Positions 22,826 through 35,832 are shown, numbered from the stretch's first letter. The stretch is 64,000 nucleotides of DNA from Scenedesmus sp. PABB004 (GCA_014905635.1 JABVCE010000043.1:1-64000); one strand, 5' to 3'. Made by a program: numbers and translations. Notes: generated by a model not told the origin, from the sequence alone.

Positions 22826-25800
22826 GCTGCAGGCGCAGGGGCAGCAGCAGGAGCAGCCGCTGCAGGCGCACGGGCAGCTGCAGGAGCAGCAGCTGCTGCA
22901 GGAGCAGCAGCAGCAGCAGGAGGAGCAGCTGTTGCAGGAGCAGGAGGAGCAGCTGCTGCAGGAGCAGGAGCAGCAGCGGCTGCAGGGGCAGCAGGAGCAG
23001 CAGGAGCAGCAAAGACAGCAGGAGCAGCAGGAGGAGCAGTCTCTGGATCAGCTGGAGCAGCCAGGCCTGGAGCGGCCGGGCCCGGGGCAGCCAGGCCCAG
23101 AGCAGGCAGAGGTGCAGCCGTCGGATGTCAGCAGCGCCGCCGCGGCCACAGCGGGGCCCGGCGGCAGCGGCCTGCCGGACGCGGCCCGCAGCACGCCTCA
23201 GGGCAGCGGCAGGGACGGGGACGCAGCCGCCGCTGGCGCGGGCGCGCCGCGCGGCAGCAGCGGCGGCGGCGCGCGGCGCGGCGTGGTGGTGATGCTGCTG
23301 GCCGAGGGCCTGGAGGTCATTGGGGAAAAGGGCTCCAAGGTGGGCTGGCCGGCAGTGGGCTGGCTGTCGGCGGGCGGCCCGCTTGGCGCGCCGGCGGCCG
23401 GCGCCCTGCGCGCGCTGCCGCCCGCCAGCCTGCCGAGCCGCCCACGCCGCCGCCGCCGCCGCGTGCCGCGCCAGGTGCCCAACCTGCGCGCTGCGGAGCT
23501 GCAGCTGGAGGTCGAGGCGACGCTGCGCGGCACGTTCACCTGGACGCCGACCCTCGGCTGGGAGAGCGCGGGTGGGCGCGCCCGCGGCACGCCCGCGGCG
23601 CGCGGCGCCGCCCGCCGGCGGCCGCCGCACACGCGCCCCCGCGCCGGCCCGCAGGCCTGTCGTTCGAGGTGGTGTCGCTTGAGCGCGTCGTGCGCGGCGC
23701 CAACGTCCCGCTGCCTAAGGCGCTCATACGCTCGGTGCTCAACATGGTCCTGCCGTCGGTGCGCGGCGCGTTTGTGTTTGTGGCGCCGCAGGACTCAGGC
23801 CTGGGCCGCCCCGTGGCGGCGGGGGCTCACCGCCCAGGCCCCCCCCCCCCCCTGCGCCCGTCCCGTGCGCAGGTGTTCAACAGGCTGCTGCTCGCGGCGC
23901 TGCCGCATGAGCTCGGACGCTTTGTCGTTGACAGCGCGGCGGCCGCCGAGGCGGCGGCGGGCGCCGGCGGCGGCGGCAGCGGCGGCGGCGGCGGCGCGGG
24001 CGCGGGCGGGCTGTCGCTGGCGGGCGAGGTCAGCCTGTCGGGCCCGCCCGCGGCGTGCCTGGCCGCTAACCTGGCGGCGTCGCCTGACGACCTGCCGCGC
24101 GGAGCGCGCGTGGATGTGCAGGGCTTTGCCAAGGTGCGGCGGCCGCAGGGCGCCCCCGCTGAACGCGCGCCCGCGCCGCCCGCCGACCGCCACGCATGCT
24201 GCCTCTCGCCGCGTGCGCGCCGCGCCCGGCAGGAGCTGCGCATGGCGCAGCGCGCGCGGGAGCTGCTGGGCCTGACGGAGCCGAGCCACACCACCGCGCT
24301 TGCGTGCGCCTTCACGCCGGGAGCGCCCGGCTGCCTGGTGCCGCTGCCGGCGTCGGCGGGCGCAGGCGCGGCGGCGGCCGCCGCCGCCCCGGGCCTCTCG
24401 CACAGCGCCAGCTTCAGTGCCGGCGCCGGCGCCGCCGCCTCGCCGGCGGTGAGCCTGAGGGACCTGTGGCACCTGCTAGCCGCCTTTGCAGACACGCCGC
24501 AGTGGCCCGCCGTGCTGGCCGCCTGGCAGCGCGGCCTGGACGCCGCGCTGGCGGAGCAGGCGGGCCCGCACGGCGCTCCGCCGCCGCTGGACTTTCCCGC
24601 CCTCATGCGCCGCGTGGCGGCGCTGGCGCGCAAGCCCGTGCGCGTGTGCTTCGGCCTCCAGCGCCTGGCGGTCGGCCCGCTGGAGGCGGGCGCGGCGCTG
24701 GCCGCGGCGCGCGACTACTGCGAGCGCGTGGCGCGCGAGTTTGCGGCCAACGCCAAGGGGTGAGCGCCCGCGCGCGTGCGGACGCGGACGGGGCGGCGGC
24801 CGGGCGCGGGGGACGCGCGCAGCAGGAGGGCGCCGCCGTGCCGCGCGCGCGCGCCCTGACGCCGCCCCCCACTCCCCACCCACGACAATTTGCGGCGGCG
24901 GGCGCAGGGAGGCCGCGCTGCTGCTGCTGCAGCGCCCGCTGGCGGCGCAGCTGGAGCTGCTGCACCTCTGGCACGCCGCGCTGAGCGCCGCGCTCGCGAG
25001 CTTTGCCTCGCAGTTCCGCGGCGCACGCGCGCGGCTGCTGCTCGCGGCCGACGCGGCCGGCTTCAGCCTGGGCGTCGAGGGCGCGCGCTACGAGGGCCCG
25101 CTGCGCCTCACGCTGCCGCTGCCGCTGCTTGCGGACCTCGCGAGCGGCTGCGTGACGTTTGACGTCGCCGTCCCAGACCCGCGGCGCGCCGAGCCGAGCC
25201 TCGGAGCCAAGGTGCGCTTTGTGGCCGCCGCCCTGGCCAAGGCGGCGCACGGCACGACGGAGGACGAGCACACGGCGGCGCGCGCGGAGGCCGCGGCGGC
25301 GGCGGCCGTGCCCGGCGACGCGCCGCTCACGCCGGCGGCAGAGCTGGAGGCGCTGCTTGCGGCCTGGGCGGGCCGCGACGGCAGCGAGCCGGGCCCGCTG
25401 TTCCGCCGCGCCAGCATCGTGCGCACCGCGAGCGCCGCGAGCGCCGCGAGCGCGGCGGCCGCAGACGGCGCCGGCGGTGCGCTCGCCGAGGCGGGCGTCG
25501 CCGGCGGCGGGCAGCTGGGGCGGCTGTCGCTGTCGCGGCTGGCGCTGGGTCTCGTGCTGGACGAGCGGCGTGTGCGCGAGCTGCTCGCTGGCGGCATCCA
25601 GGCACGCGCGCGCGCGCATGCGCAGGGGGGGGGGGGGGGGCTCTGCGCGGCGCCAAGGCCCGCCCGGCGCGGCCGGGAATGCTGGCGCGCCGTCGCTGCC
25701 TGCCGGCGGCGCCACCGCCCGCCGCCGGGCCGCGCCGCGCAGGACGCCGGGCTCATCGCTGGGCTGCTCGGCTGCTGCGGCCAGCTCTTCAGCGCGACGC

Positions 25801-26410
25801 TCGGCGCCGGCTGGCAGAGCGCCGGGGGCGGCGGCGGCGACGAGTGCGGCTCCGACTGCGGCGAGCGCCCGGCGGCGCTGCTGACGCTGCGCAGCAGCGA
25901 CGTCACGCGCGCGCGCGCCGAGCTCGACGCCGCTTCGTTCGTGAGCGCGCTGTCACCTGGGGCCGTGGTGTCGCTGGTGCACGCCGTCGCGCTGGCCGTC
26001 GCGCACAAGCTGCTCGGCGCCGACGCGCAGCGCCTCGAGCGGCTGCACAAGGTGCGTGTGGGTGAGAGAAAGAGAGGGGTGGGGAGGCGTGCGGAGCGGG
26101 CGGGCCCGGGCCCGGCTCTGCCGTGCCGCGCCGACCCGGCGCGCCGGCCGGCCGGCCGCGCGGCGCGCGCGCGCAGGCGTTCACGCACGCCCGGGAGTAC
26201 CTGGGCCGCGACGTGCTGGACGTGCTGCTCTGCCTCGACGTCACGGCCAGCGCCGGCGACGAGGGGCAGCTGCTGCTGCAGCTGCGCGGCGCCGCACCGC
26301 AGGGCGAGCGCGACGCGGCGGGCAGTGCTGCGTTTGTGGTCGGCCTGGTCAACGACGTCAACCTGGTGACAGTCCTGGAGACGGCGCGCCTGCTGATGGC
26401 CTGGTCGTGA
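20445..26410 (+). CDS. Large hypothetical protein: N-terminal coiled coil, polyQ/repeat inserts, possible TULIP (SMP/BPI)-like domain
   Basis: Chain of plausible exons with GT/GC-AG boundaries; heptad-rich N-terminus; beta-rich segments followed by PLPKALIRSVLNMVLPSVFNRLLLAALP; stop TGA at 26408-26410. Fold assignment is inference. Confidence 0.6.
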
Positions 26411-26561
26411 CGCTGCCGCGGCGTCCGCGCGCGCGCGCCGGGGGCGTGGCAACCGTCGGAGCCGGCGGCGCCGCCGTGCGTGCGTCGTCACCCCGCCGCG
26501 CCGCGGGCCGGCGCCGCGTGTCTCAGCGGCGCCCCGTGCGCCGCGCCGCGCGTCGGCGGCG

Positions 26562-26880
26562 CTAGCGGCTGAAGCCGATGGCCTCCTCGAGGTAGCGCAG
26601 GCGCGTGCGACCGTCGCTCAAGGCGTACTTGATGTCGTACGGCGCCGTGCGGCTCCGCTGCAGCTCAAACTCGCGCCGCACCTCCGCCAGCACGTCGCCT
26701 GGGGGGCGCGCGCGGGTGAGGGGCCCGGCCGCGGCCGCAGCGGCGCCAGCAGCGGCGGCAGCGCGGCGCCCGCTGCTCACCGCGGCTGCTGGCCGGCAGG
26801 GCGCGCGCGGTGCGGAGGAAGGTGCGGTAGAGCTTGAGCACCTCGGTGCGCAGCACAAAGCGACCCAGCTCCGCTGCCAT
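26562..26880 (-). CDS. LYR-motif (Complex1_LYR) mitochondrial protein, 2 exons
   Basis: EVLKLYRTFLRTAR...EVRREFE...IKYALSDGR: LYR tripeptide plus downstream Phe; phase-1 intron restores frame. Confidence 0.88.
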
Positions 26881-27373
26881 GGGCGACGGCGGCGGCGCTG
26901 CTCGCTGCCGCTGCCTGCTGCCGCCGGCCGTCGCCGCGGCGCTTTGCGTTTACACGCCACTCGGCCCACAACTTCCACCACACCAGAACACCTCCAGCGC
27001 CGCAAAACCTCGCACACCGCCGCGCGCGCCAGCCCCGGCCCCGCTACACCGCCGCGGCCGCCGCCACGGTCTGCCACGCGCAACAGCGCGAGCGTGCCCC
27101 GGCCGCGCGCCCCGGCGTGCAGTGTGACCGCCAGCAGTCCCGGGGCCGCCGGCAGCGCGCCCGCCGGCGGCGGCAGCAGTGCGCCGAGGTCCAGCGCCTG
27201 CAGCGCGGCGCCCGGGCGCGGCGCGTGCGGCCCCGCCAGGCGCACGAGGCGGCCCGACATGCACGTCACCCACAGGTGCCCCCTGGCGGCGGCGGCGGGC
27301 GGCGGGCGGCGCGCGTGAGACGGAGCGCGGGAAGGGGGCCCCCGAGCCGCGCGCGCTGCGCGCACCCGCGTGG

Positions 27374-30209
27374 TCAAAGCAGAGACCGCATGGCCGCTTG
27401 AGCTAGCTCGCGGAGGCGCTCCGCGCGCGCGCGGCGGTGGCGCTGCAGCAGGCGCTCCAGGCGGCGCCGCTCCTCGCGCCGCGCCGCGTCGGCGCGCGCC
27501 GCGGCCGCCTCGGCCGCGGCCTGCGCGGCGTGCGCGGCCGCCACGGCGGGGGGCAGGTCGGAGTAGTCGTGCGCGGCGTCGTCCCACGCGACGTCGGCCG
27601 GGTCGTCCGCAAAGAGGCGCGGCCACCAGCTCGCGCTGTGCTGCCACGGCCTGCGCGCGCGGGGCGGCGGCGGCCGCGCGGCGGCGTGCGCGGCTGCGCT
27701 CGCGCGGCGGCGTGCGGGGCGCGACGCGCGGGCGGCGCCCGTCCGGGCGCACGTCTCATAGAGCTCGAGGTTGAGCTTGGTCAGCTCGAGCAGCAGCACG
27801 CCCTCGCCCGCGCCGCCCGGCGCGGCCGCGAGCGCGGCGCAGCCGCCGGCGGGGCCGGCCGGCACGCTGGGCCGCGGCGGCGGCGACTCGAGCGTCCAGG
27901 TGGAGGCGTCTGGTGCGATGCCCCGCGTGAGCTCGCCCTCCAGCAGCACCTCGCCGCTGGCGGCCAGCGCCACGGCCAGGCGGCACGGCGCGAGTGCCAC
28001 GCGCAGCTGGCGCGCCGACGTGACGCTCGCCGGCAGGCCGTGCAGCTGCACCAGCACCGTGCCGGCAGTCTGGCGCCAGCGCAGCGGCAGGTCGGCGGGC
28101 TGGCACCACGCGACGGCGCCGTCGTCCGGCAGCTCCCGGGCGTCGTGCAGCACGCGCGTCAGCCCAAACGGGTGCTTGCTCGGCCGCTCCAGCGGCGTGC
28201 CGTCGGCGCGCACGAGCGCGTAGTGAGCGTACGGCAGCGCCAGCGCGTGCGTGTGCGCCGCGCCCGCAGGCTCCGCGGCCTGCAGGCTCGCGCCGCCGGC
28301 GCGGGCGGCCCCGGCAGCGGGACCAGGGCTCCGGCCTGCTCCGCCTGCTCGCTGGCGGCCATAGCATCGGGCTCAGGCGTTGAGGTCGCAGTGTTGAGGT
28401 CCACCAGCTGCGCCGAGGCGACGACGAAGCCGGCGCCGCCGCCCGCCGCGGACGCGCCAGCGGGCGCCAGCGCCGCGGGCAGTTCAGGCCAGGCGCCGGC
28501 CAGGCTCTCCGCGGAGGAGCAGAGCGCCAGGAAGCGGTGCGCGGCCGCCGCGTCCTCCCCAAACTGAACGTTGACCGTCAGGCCCGGGCCCGCGGCGCGC
28601 ACGAGGCCCGCCGCCAGCCGCGGCACGCCCGCGGCGCGCGCGAGGCCGCCCAGCAGCGCCACGCGCGCCGCGCCGGGCAGGTCGCGGCCGGCCGGGGCGG
28701 GCGGCTTGGAGGCGAGCGTGAGGGCGACGAGCAGCAGCGGGCCCTGCGGCGGCAGCGGCGTCGGCGCGGCGCGGGGCTGCGGCCAGCGCGAGGCGCGCAG
28801 CGGCGCAGTGCCGCGCTGTGTGCGCTTAGGCCTCGCTTACCGCCCCGTGGACCCACCTGGGCCCGCGGGGGCGGCGCTGCGAGCCCCAGCTGCATGAGCG
28901 CCAGTTGACGGCCACCGCCGCCGTCGCCTGCGCCCGCTGCCGCGCCGACGGCCGCGGCGACCGCCGCCGCAGCGGCCGCGTGCGCTGCGTCGTCCAGCAG
29001 CTCCCGGGCCGCCGCCAGCTTGGCCTGCAGCTGCGCGCGCAGCTTGCCCGGCTCGGCCGGCGCCGCGCGCCAGGCGCCGAGCTCGGCGCGCTCGCGCGGG
29101 CCCGCCGCCGCGGCCGCGCCGTCTGGCAGCAGCAGGGCCAGGGCGGTCATGAAGGCACGCGCTGCATCGCCCGGCGCGCACGGGGCCGCGCCGGGTGCGG
29201 CGCCGCCGGCCATGCAGGCGTCGCCAAGGGCGTCGTAGCATTCGACCGCCAGCTGGCACAGCTGCTGCGCATCGCGCAGCACCAGCACGCGCAGCGCCGC
29301 CTCGGCCGCCTCGGCCGCAGCACGCGCGGTGGGCCAGCGCCGCAGCCTGGCCGCCAGGCGCGAGGCCAGCAGCTGCGCCTCCACCCCTGCCACAACGGCG
29401 GGGCCCGCAGGCCGGCCCGGCCGGGGCGGCGCCGCCGGCGCCGTCGCCCCGCCGCCGCCCGCCGTGAGCCAGCGCAGCAGCAGGGCGTGGTGCGGACCGA
29501 GCCCCCTCGGCGGCGCCGCCGCGGCCACGACCTGAAATAGCGCCTCGCGCGCCTCCGCGCCACCCCACCAGCCCGCCAGCTCGTCCGCGGCGGCGGGGGC
29601 CAGGGCGCCGCCCGGAGCCACCACCAGGCAGAGGCGGCCGTCGGCGTCGCTGGCCGGCGGCGGCGCCGCGGCGGGCAGCGCGCCCTGCTGCTGCAGCATC
29701 CGCAGCAGCCAGTCAGCGAGCTCCTGCCGCGTGAGCCGCTGCACGGTCGCCAGCAGCTGGCGCTCGCACTCGGCCTGCTCCGCGCCGCCTGCGCCGCGCG
29801 GCACGCCGGGCATCGGCGGCGGCGGCGGCGGCGCGCGCGCGCGCTCGCGCCCGTGGTGCGGCTGGCGGCCCAGCCCCGCACCCGGCTCGGAGCACCGCCA
29901 CGCCTCCACGAACGCGGCCAGCGCGGCGCGCCATCTGCGCAGCGCGGCGAGCGCGGCGCCGCGGCGCCAGTGCGCCTTGGCCCAGCGCGGCGCGAGCGCC
30001 AGCGCGGCGTCTGCGTCGGCGAGCGCCGCGTCGGCGCGCCCCGCCCGCAGCCAGGCGAGGCTGCGGTTCCCCAGCAGCACGCGCGCCGCGCCCGGGTCGC
30101 GCCGCGCGCCGAGCGCGTCCAGCGCCTCGCCGTAGCTCGCCGCCGCGCGGCCGGCGTCGCCGCGCGCCAGCTCCTCGCCTGCGCGCCGCTTCAGGTATGC
30201 CACGCGCAT
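27374..30209 (-). CDS. TPR-repeat + C-terminal CS (p23/NudC-like) domain co-chaperone-like protein; true start probably further upstream (~30430)
   Basis: TPR triplet (LLGNRSLAWL...ALADADAALALAPRWAKAHWRRGAAL); CS domain (WRQTAGTVLV...LLEGELTRGIAPDASTWTLE...LELTK...WWPRLF). Confidence 0.72.
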
Positions 30210-30708
30210 CGCCCTGCGGCGGCCGGCGCGGCGGCGGCACGCGCGGTCGCCGCGCGGCAGCCCGCTCGCGCCCGCGACCGCCGCGGCGGCGCTGGGTGGC
30301 TGGCGCAGCGCGCTGCTTCGGTCGAGGCGGCGCCAGCGGCGCCGGCGCGCTCGCGCGCGGTCGAGGCAGCAGCCGCCGCAGCGCTGCCCCGCTCACGCCA
30401 CGCCGCCGGACGACGGCGCCGGGGCCATCGGACGCTGCCTCGGTGACGCTCGGCCAGTCGACGGGCGGCGGGGGGGGGGGGGGGCTTGTGGGCCCCCGGC
30501 GGCGGGCGCGGCCAGCCTTGCGCCGCGACGCAGGGGTTCTGGCATGCTCGTCGAGCTTCGCCGGCAGCCGGCGCTGCGTCCCACCAGCCGCTCCGGACCA
30601 GGCCAGCCGTGGTAGCTGTGGTAGTGGCGGCAGCGGCAGCGGCAGCAGCGGAAAGCAGCGGCACGCCCCGCCGCCGCTCCTCCGCTGCCCCCGGCGCCGC
30701 GCCGCGCC

Positions 30709-30996
30709 ATGGCGCACCTGGGGGAGGACCACATCGTGTTCACGCCGCGCTGGCAGGGCCGCGTCAAGGCGCTCACGCTCGTCGCGACCGCCGCCGCGCT
30801 GCTCGGCTGCCTCACGGCCGACTGGGACATGTACGGCGAGCGCCACGTCTTCTCCGGCATCAAGCCCGCCCTGCGCGCCGCGCTGAACGATGCCTTCGGC
30901 GTGAGCGCGCCGCCCCCGGGGGGCGCCGCGCCGGCGGCGGCGCCGGCGGCCGCGGCGCAGGAGGAGCCGCGCGCCAAGGCGCGGGGGACGCCGTGA
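30709..30996 (+). CDS. Small (95 aa) single-pass membrane hypothetical protein
   Basis: gccATGg start, gene-like codon use, one hydrophobic helix followed by DWDMYGERHVFSGIKP. Confidence 0.65.
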   Translation: MAHLGEDHIVFTPRWQGRVKALTLVATAAALLGCLTADWDMYGERHVFSGIKPALRAALNDAFGVSAPPPGGAAPAAAPAAAAQEEPRAKARGTP

Positions 30997-32334
30997 GCGG
31001 CTTGCCGGGCAGCGCGGCGCCCCTCGCGTGGGCGGCCCGCGCAGGCTCCCCAACCCTGACCCGCGCCCCTCCGGGCACACGCATGGCAGCTGCGCCGCGG
31101 CGGCCTGGGGGCCCGCTCGCTGGCGGGGCCCGCGGCGCGCAGCCGGCGCACACGCGCGTGGCGGCCCCTGGCCCACCGCGGCGTGGTGTGGCGCACGGCG
31201 CACCACGCGCGAGCACATGCCGGCGCTGGAGCCAGGCACCTGCGGCCAGGCGCCTGCCTCGTGCCCCGGCGGGCGAGCACGAGCTGCTGGAGCCGGCGAT
31301 GGCTGGAGCCGGCCGCCCTGCTGCTGCTGGAGCGCACGAGAGCTTGTGCGCTGCCATGGATCGGCCGGCGCGCGCCCGCATTGTGGGGGGCGTCCGCAGC
31401 AGCGGCGAAAACCGGCGTCACCGGCGGCGGCGGCGGCCGCGGCGGCGGTACCGGGCTGAGTGGGCGACAATCCCGGCCGGCATCGGGCGGGCGGTCGCTG
31501 CCAGCAGCAGCCGCCGCCCCAGGCGGCCACCCGCAATCCCGCACGGATCGGCGGCGTGTGGCGGTCGGCGCGCGCGGTGGGGAATGGCAACTGCGCGCCA
31601 GCCACCGCCGCCTGCCCCCCCCCCGCGCCCGCCCGCCGCTCGAATCTCAGTTCCAACCGCCCGCGGGCGCGCGCCGCGCGTCGTCGTAACGGACGACTGC
31701 AGTCGCACGTGGGCGGACGCCGGCGATTTCGTACCAGCTCCGCGCGGCCCTGCGCCTCAACGCCGGGTCCGTTGCGCGCAGAGTGGCGGCGCCAGGCGCT
31801 GTGCGGGAGCGCGGGGGCGGCGGCGCGTCGTGGGCGCGGCATGGCGGAGCGCAATTCCGGGTAACAAGTGAGCTGACCTTGCGCCGCTGCCATGCGGCGT
31901 GGGGTCGCGCGCGCGGCCCGCCCGCACGCGCAGTGTCTGCCCGGGCCCTCCGCCGCGCTCCTCTCAGCGCGGGCGCCCAGCCTCCGCGCCGCGAGACAGC
32001 ACCGCGCCCGGTCGCCGCGCGGAGCATCTGGGCGCCAGCACCGCCGCATTCGACGCCAAGTAACACAGGTATGGCGCGTGGACGGCGCGCGGGAGGCGGC
32101 GGCGCCTGCTGCGGCCGGCAGCAGCGCTCTCATCGCCGAGCGCGCCACGGCCCGAGTTACACTGCAGCGCGCGGCCGCGCCGCCGTGCCCGGTGCGCGCA
32201 CCTGGCGGTCTGTGTGTGTGAACGCCAGCCGCTCCGCGTCGCCCGCGCAGGCTCCAGCGCGTGGTCGTCGTCCTTCGCTGCACAGGCAAGCCCTCGAGGT
32301 CCTCCGTACCCTCCAGCAACCCCGCCCGGGCCCC

Positions 32335-33263
32335 ATGACGCTCTTCGCGCCCCTGCGTGTGCACGCCGCCGTGGCGCCCGCCGGCGGCGTGCGGGACGGC
32401 TGCGATTGGGCGCCGCAGTTTGGCTGCGCGCCGCTCGCCGCCGACGCCGCGCTGACGGCCGACACCGTGTCGGGGGGCTCCTGGGAGCCGTCCGAGTGCC
32501 CCTGGGAGGCGGCCGCCAGCGGCGACGCGTGCGCCTGGGCGGACGCCGCGTCAGGCGGGTCGTGCGTCGAGCTGCCGCCCATGGCGGCGCTCATGGCCGA
32601 GCTCGGGGTGGTGGGCGCGACGGAGGGCGCGCCGCCGCCGGGCGCCGCCGCCTCGTCGGCGGGGCCGAGCCCAAGCAGCAGCGTGGGCGCAGCGCACACC
32701 GCGGCCGGCAGCGACGGCGCGGCGCCGCGGCCAGGGTCGCCGCCGCCGCCGCCGGCGCCGGCGCCGGCGGGGCGCGGCGCGCCGCCGGGCCGCAAGCAGG
32801 CCAGCCAGGCGACCCAGCAGCGGCTCCGCAAGCGGCGCAGGGACGACGGCGCGCAGACCAAGCAGGAGGTGAGCCCGGCGGCTGGGAGGCGGCGGCGCGG
32901 GGGCGAGGGCCCGCGATGCAGCTGACGCGGCGGAAGGAGGGGGCGCCGAGCCCGCTCCTGCAGGCCCGGCTGCCGGGGCGCGCAGCCCGCGCTCACGCGC
33001 GCCCGCCTGCCCCGACGCCGCAGCTCTCCGAGCTGGCGGACAAGGCGGGCGCGCTGCAGGCGCGCCTGGACGAGATGCGCGCCGCGCACGCGTCGCTGCT
33101 GGCGCGCCTGAGCGACGTGACCGCCAAGTGGCAGGCGACCGTGGTCGACAACGCGCGCCTGCACCGCGACAACGGCGAGCTCGCCGCGCAGCTCGCGGCG
33201 GCGACGCAGCAGTGCCAGCACCTGTGGCAGCAGCAGCAGAAGGCGCGCGCCGCCACGCCCTAG
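32335..33263 (+). CDS. bZIP-like transcription factor, 2 exons (alternative in-frame ATG at 32071)
   Basis: Basic region RKQASQATQQRLRKRRR, intron after KQE, then long zipper LSELADKAGALQARLDEM...LLARLSDVTAKWQATVVDNARLHRDNGEL resembling plant group C/S zippers. Confidence 0.65.
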
Positions 33264-34634
33264 CCTGGCGGGCTGGCGTGTGCGGAGGCGGCGGCGCTGT
33301 CCAGGGGCGCCGATGTGGCCGACAAACGCACGTGCGACAGACTTCCTGTTGCGCGCCTGCGCTCTCTCTTTCTTTGTACATATTGCCATTTGGCTTGACT
33401 GGGTGCTGTCCAGCGCTCTGGACTCCGGCTGCCCATCAGCCAGGGCTGATTCTGTGGCTGGTTCTGTGGCGGGCGGCGCGGCGTGTTGCAGGTGGGGGGT
33501 CGGGGGAGGGAGAGGCAGGCAGAGGGGGAGGGGGGGGGGGGGGTCGGTTCCAACGCACGCACCCTGGAAACGGCGGGGGTGGGGGTGGGGGCCTCACTGC
33601 TGAACACGGCGCTTGCACAAGCGTCTCGGTTGCGCCAAGGGAGGGGGGCACCGGACACGCGCGGCGTGGTGTGCACACCACGCCACCCCCACGTGGGGGT
33701 GACGAATCCTGATCAGGTTGCGCATCACCGACCCTCTCTTGTATGGGGGCGGCGCACAATTGCCTGCAGCGGCCCGCTGGCAGGGATTTGCGACACGCCC
33801 GCAAGGGTTGTGCGCGGCGCGGCGCGTGCGCTGCGGCGGCCTCGTGTGCTGCTGCTGGCCGGCCAGCGTGGGTCGGCTGGTCGTCAGTGAGTCGCACAGG
33901 TGAGGGCTGATTGTTGCGGCAGGCCCGCAGGCCTCGACCGCTGCGTGCGAAGGACTTCACATCTCGATCCCAAGATGGGCCCCGGCCCGAATCATTGCCT
34001 GTGTGTCCCATCACTGCCTGTACCGGGTACTCCGCCTTGCCGCGACCGTGCACCGCCTGCCAGGCGCTCGCTGCCGGGGCCATCACCATCGCCACCCACA
34101 CTTGGCCGCCGTGCACGGAGCGTGCTCCGTGCATCGGCGGCGGCGCCCGCGGCAAGCTGCTCTGCGCGCGCTCGTGCATCCGTGGCCGCACGCGCGGCAC
34201 CAGTAGTTGTTCTAACCAGTTCGCACACACACGAGTGTGCCTGCGCCTGGCCCGTGAGACAGCCAGCCATTGGTTGCGCGCGCACCGGTTGGGGGGCTGC
34301 AGTCCGAGGGCCCCCCTCTTTCTCTCTCTTTTACACTCTACCTTTTCACCACACCACCACCAACAATAAGCCCCGCACCGGCCCGACCAGGGCTCAAGGA
34401 TGCTGAGGTTTAGTCAGGCTCTGACTGAACCCTGGGGCGGGGTGCTCCACGGGCGGCGCGTCGCAGGGCGCCGCCACAGCTGCGGGGCTGGACCGGCCGA
34501 CGGGAGAGCGCGCTGCGTTTTGGCTGCACCCGCTGCCGGCTGCCCGAGCGGACTGGGGGTCGGGGTTGAGGTTGAGGTCAAGGTCACGCAGCACCCACCA
34601 GCGCGCGCGGGCCCACCAGCACGCGCCCGCAAGG

Positions 34635-35801
34635 TCACACCCGCTGCTGCGCCTCGCCCGCCAGGAACAGCACGCCCGCACGCAGGCAGAGCACAGCTCG
34701 GCCGCGCGCCCAGACGTCAGCGCCGATGACCATCGCAGGCGCGCCCCGGGCGAGCGCCGCCATGCTGCGGAGCGCCGCCACGCCCAGCCGGGGCGGCGGC
34801 GGTAGCGCCACCGCGCCCCCGCCGCCGCCGCCGCCGCCCGGCCCCGCGTGGCCCAGCACCAGGCGCACGTCGTCCGCGGCGACCGCGTGCCGCTGCACGC
34901 GCAGCAGCGTGACCGAGTAACCGCCGCCAAGGCTGCGGCTGCCGCCGGCAGGGCCCGCCCCGCCGCCGCCGCCGCCCGCCAGGCCGCCGGGCGGGCGCAT
35001 GCCGCGCAGCGGCGGCTGACGCCGCGCCGCGCCACCGCCGCCGCCGCCGCCGCCGGGCAGCACCGGGCGCCGCAGCTCGGGGCGCAGCACCTCGACGTTC
35101 CCCCAGGACGACGGCTGCTCGGCCTCGTCCGGCGCGTCCATGCCCAGCAGCGCCGCCGCGCGCCAGTCGATGAGCGAGGTCGCCGCCGACAGGTCGAGCA
35201 CGCCAGCAAAGGGCGGGCTGCCGGCGAGCGACACGGGCAGCACGATCGCGCCGCTCGCCGTGACGCGGCAGGCGACCGGCGAGAGGCCCGTGACGTCGCA
35301 CACGCCGAGCGCGACGTGGCCGGGCGGGTGCCAGACCAGCTGGTTGCCGGCAAAGTCGACGTCCAGCTCGAAGCAGCGCAGCAGCTGCACGCCCAGCAGC
35401 CCGCCGATGTTGACGTCGCTGGCGGCAGTGGCTGCGCCGAGCGCGCCCGTCTGCTGCCGGCGCGGCGCCAGCGGCAGCGGCGACACAAACGCCTGCTGCA
35501 GCGGCAGCTTGGTCGTGCCTGCGCGGCATGAGCGCAGCCGCGCGCGGGTGAGCGCCAGGGAGGGGAGGGGCCCTGCTCGCGGCCAGCCGGCCCGTGCGCC
35601 AGCAGGGCTGGCAGCCGCACCGAGCCACATCGCCGGCAGCTGCACGCGCTGCCGCAGCCGCAGCTTGGCGTCGCCGCCAGCCGAGCCCTCGGCGCGGCGC
35701 GTCGGCAGCTCCGCGTCCTCTGGCACGCCGCCGCCGCCGCTGCTGCCGCCGCCACCACCGCTGCTGCTGGTGCTGGTGCTGGTGCTGGTGCTGGTGCTGG
35801 T

Positions 35802-35832
<31 letters not shown>

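Noticed and set aside
19839..24275. 1478-aa ORF and other very long Ala/Arg/Pro/Gly-rich ORFs (e.g. 29713-32364, 46131-48590, 37150-39486)
   Set aside because: Stop codons are rare at ~80% GC; these frames run through introns or are antisense shadows of real genes.
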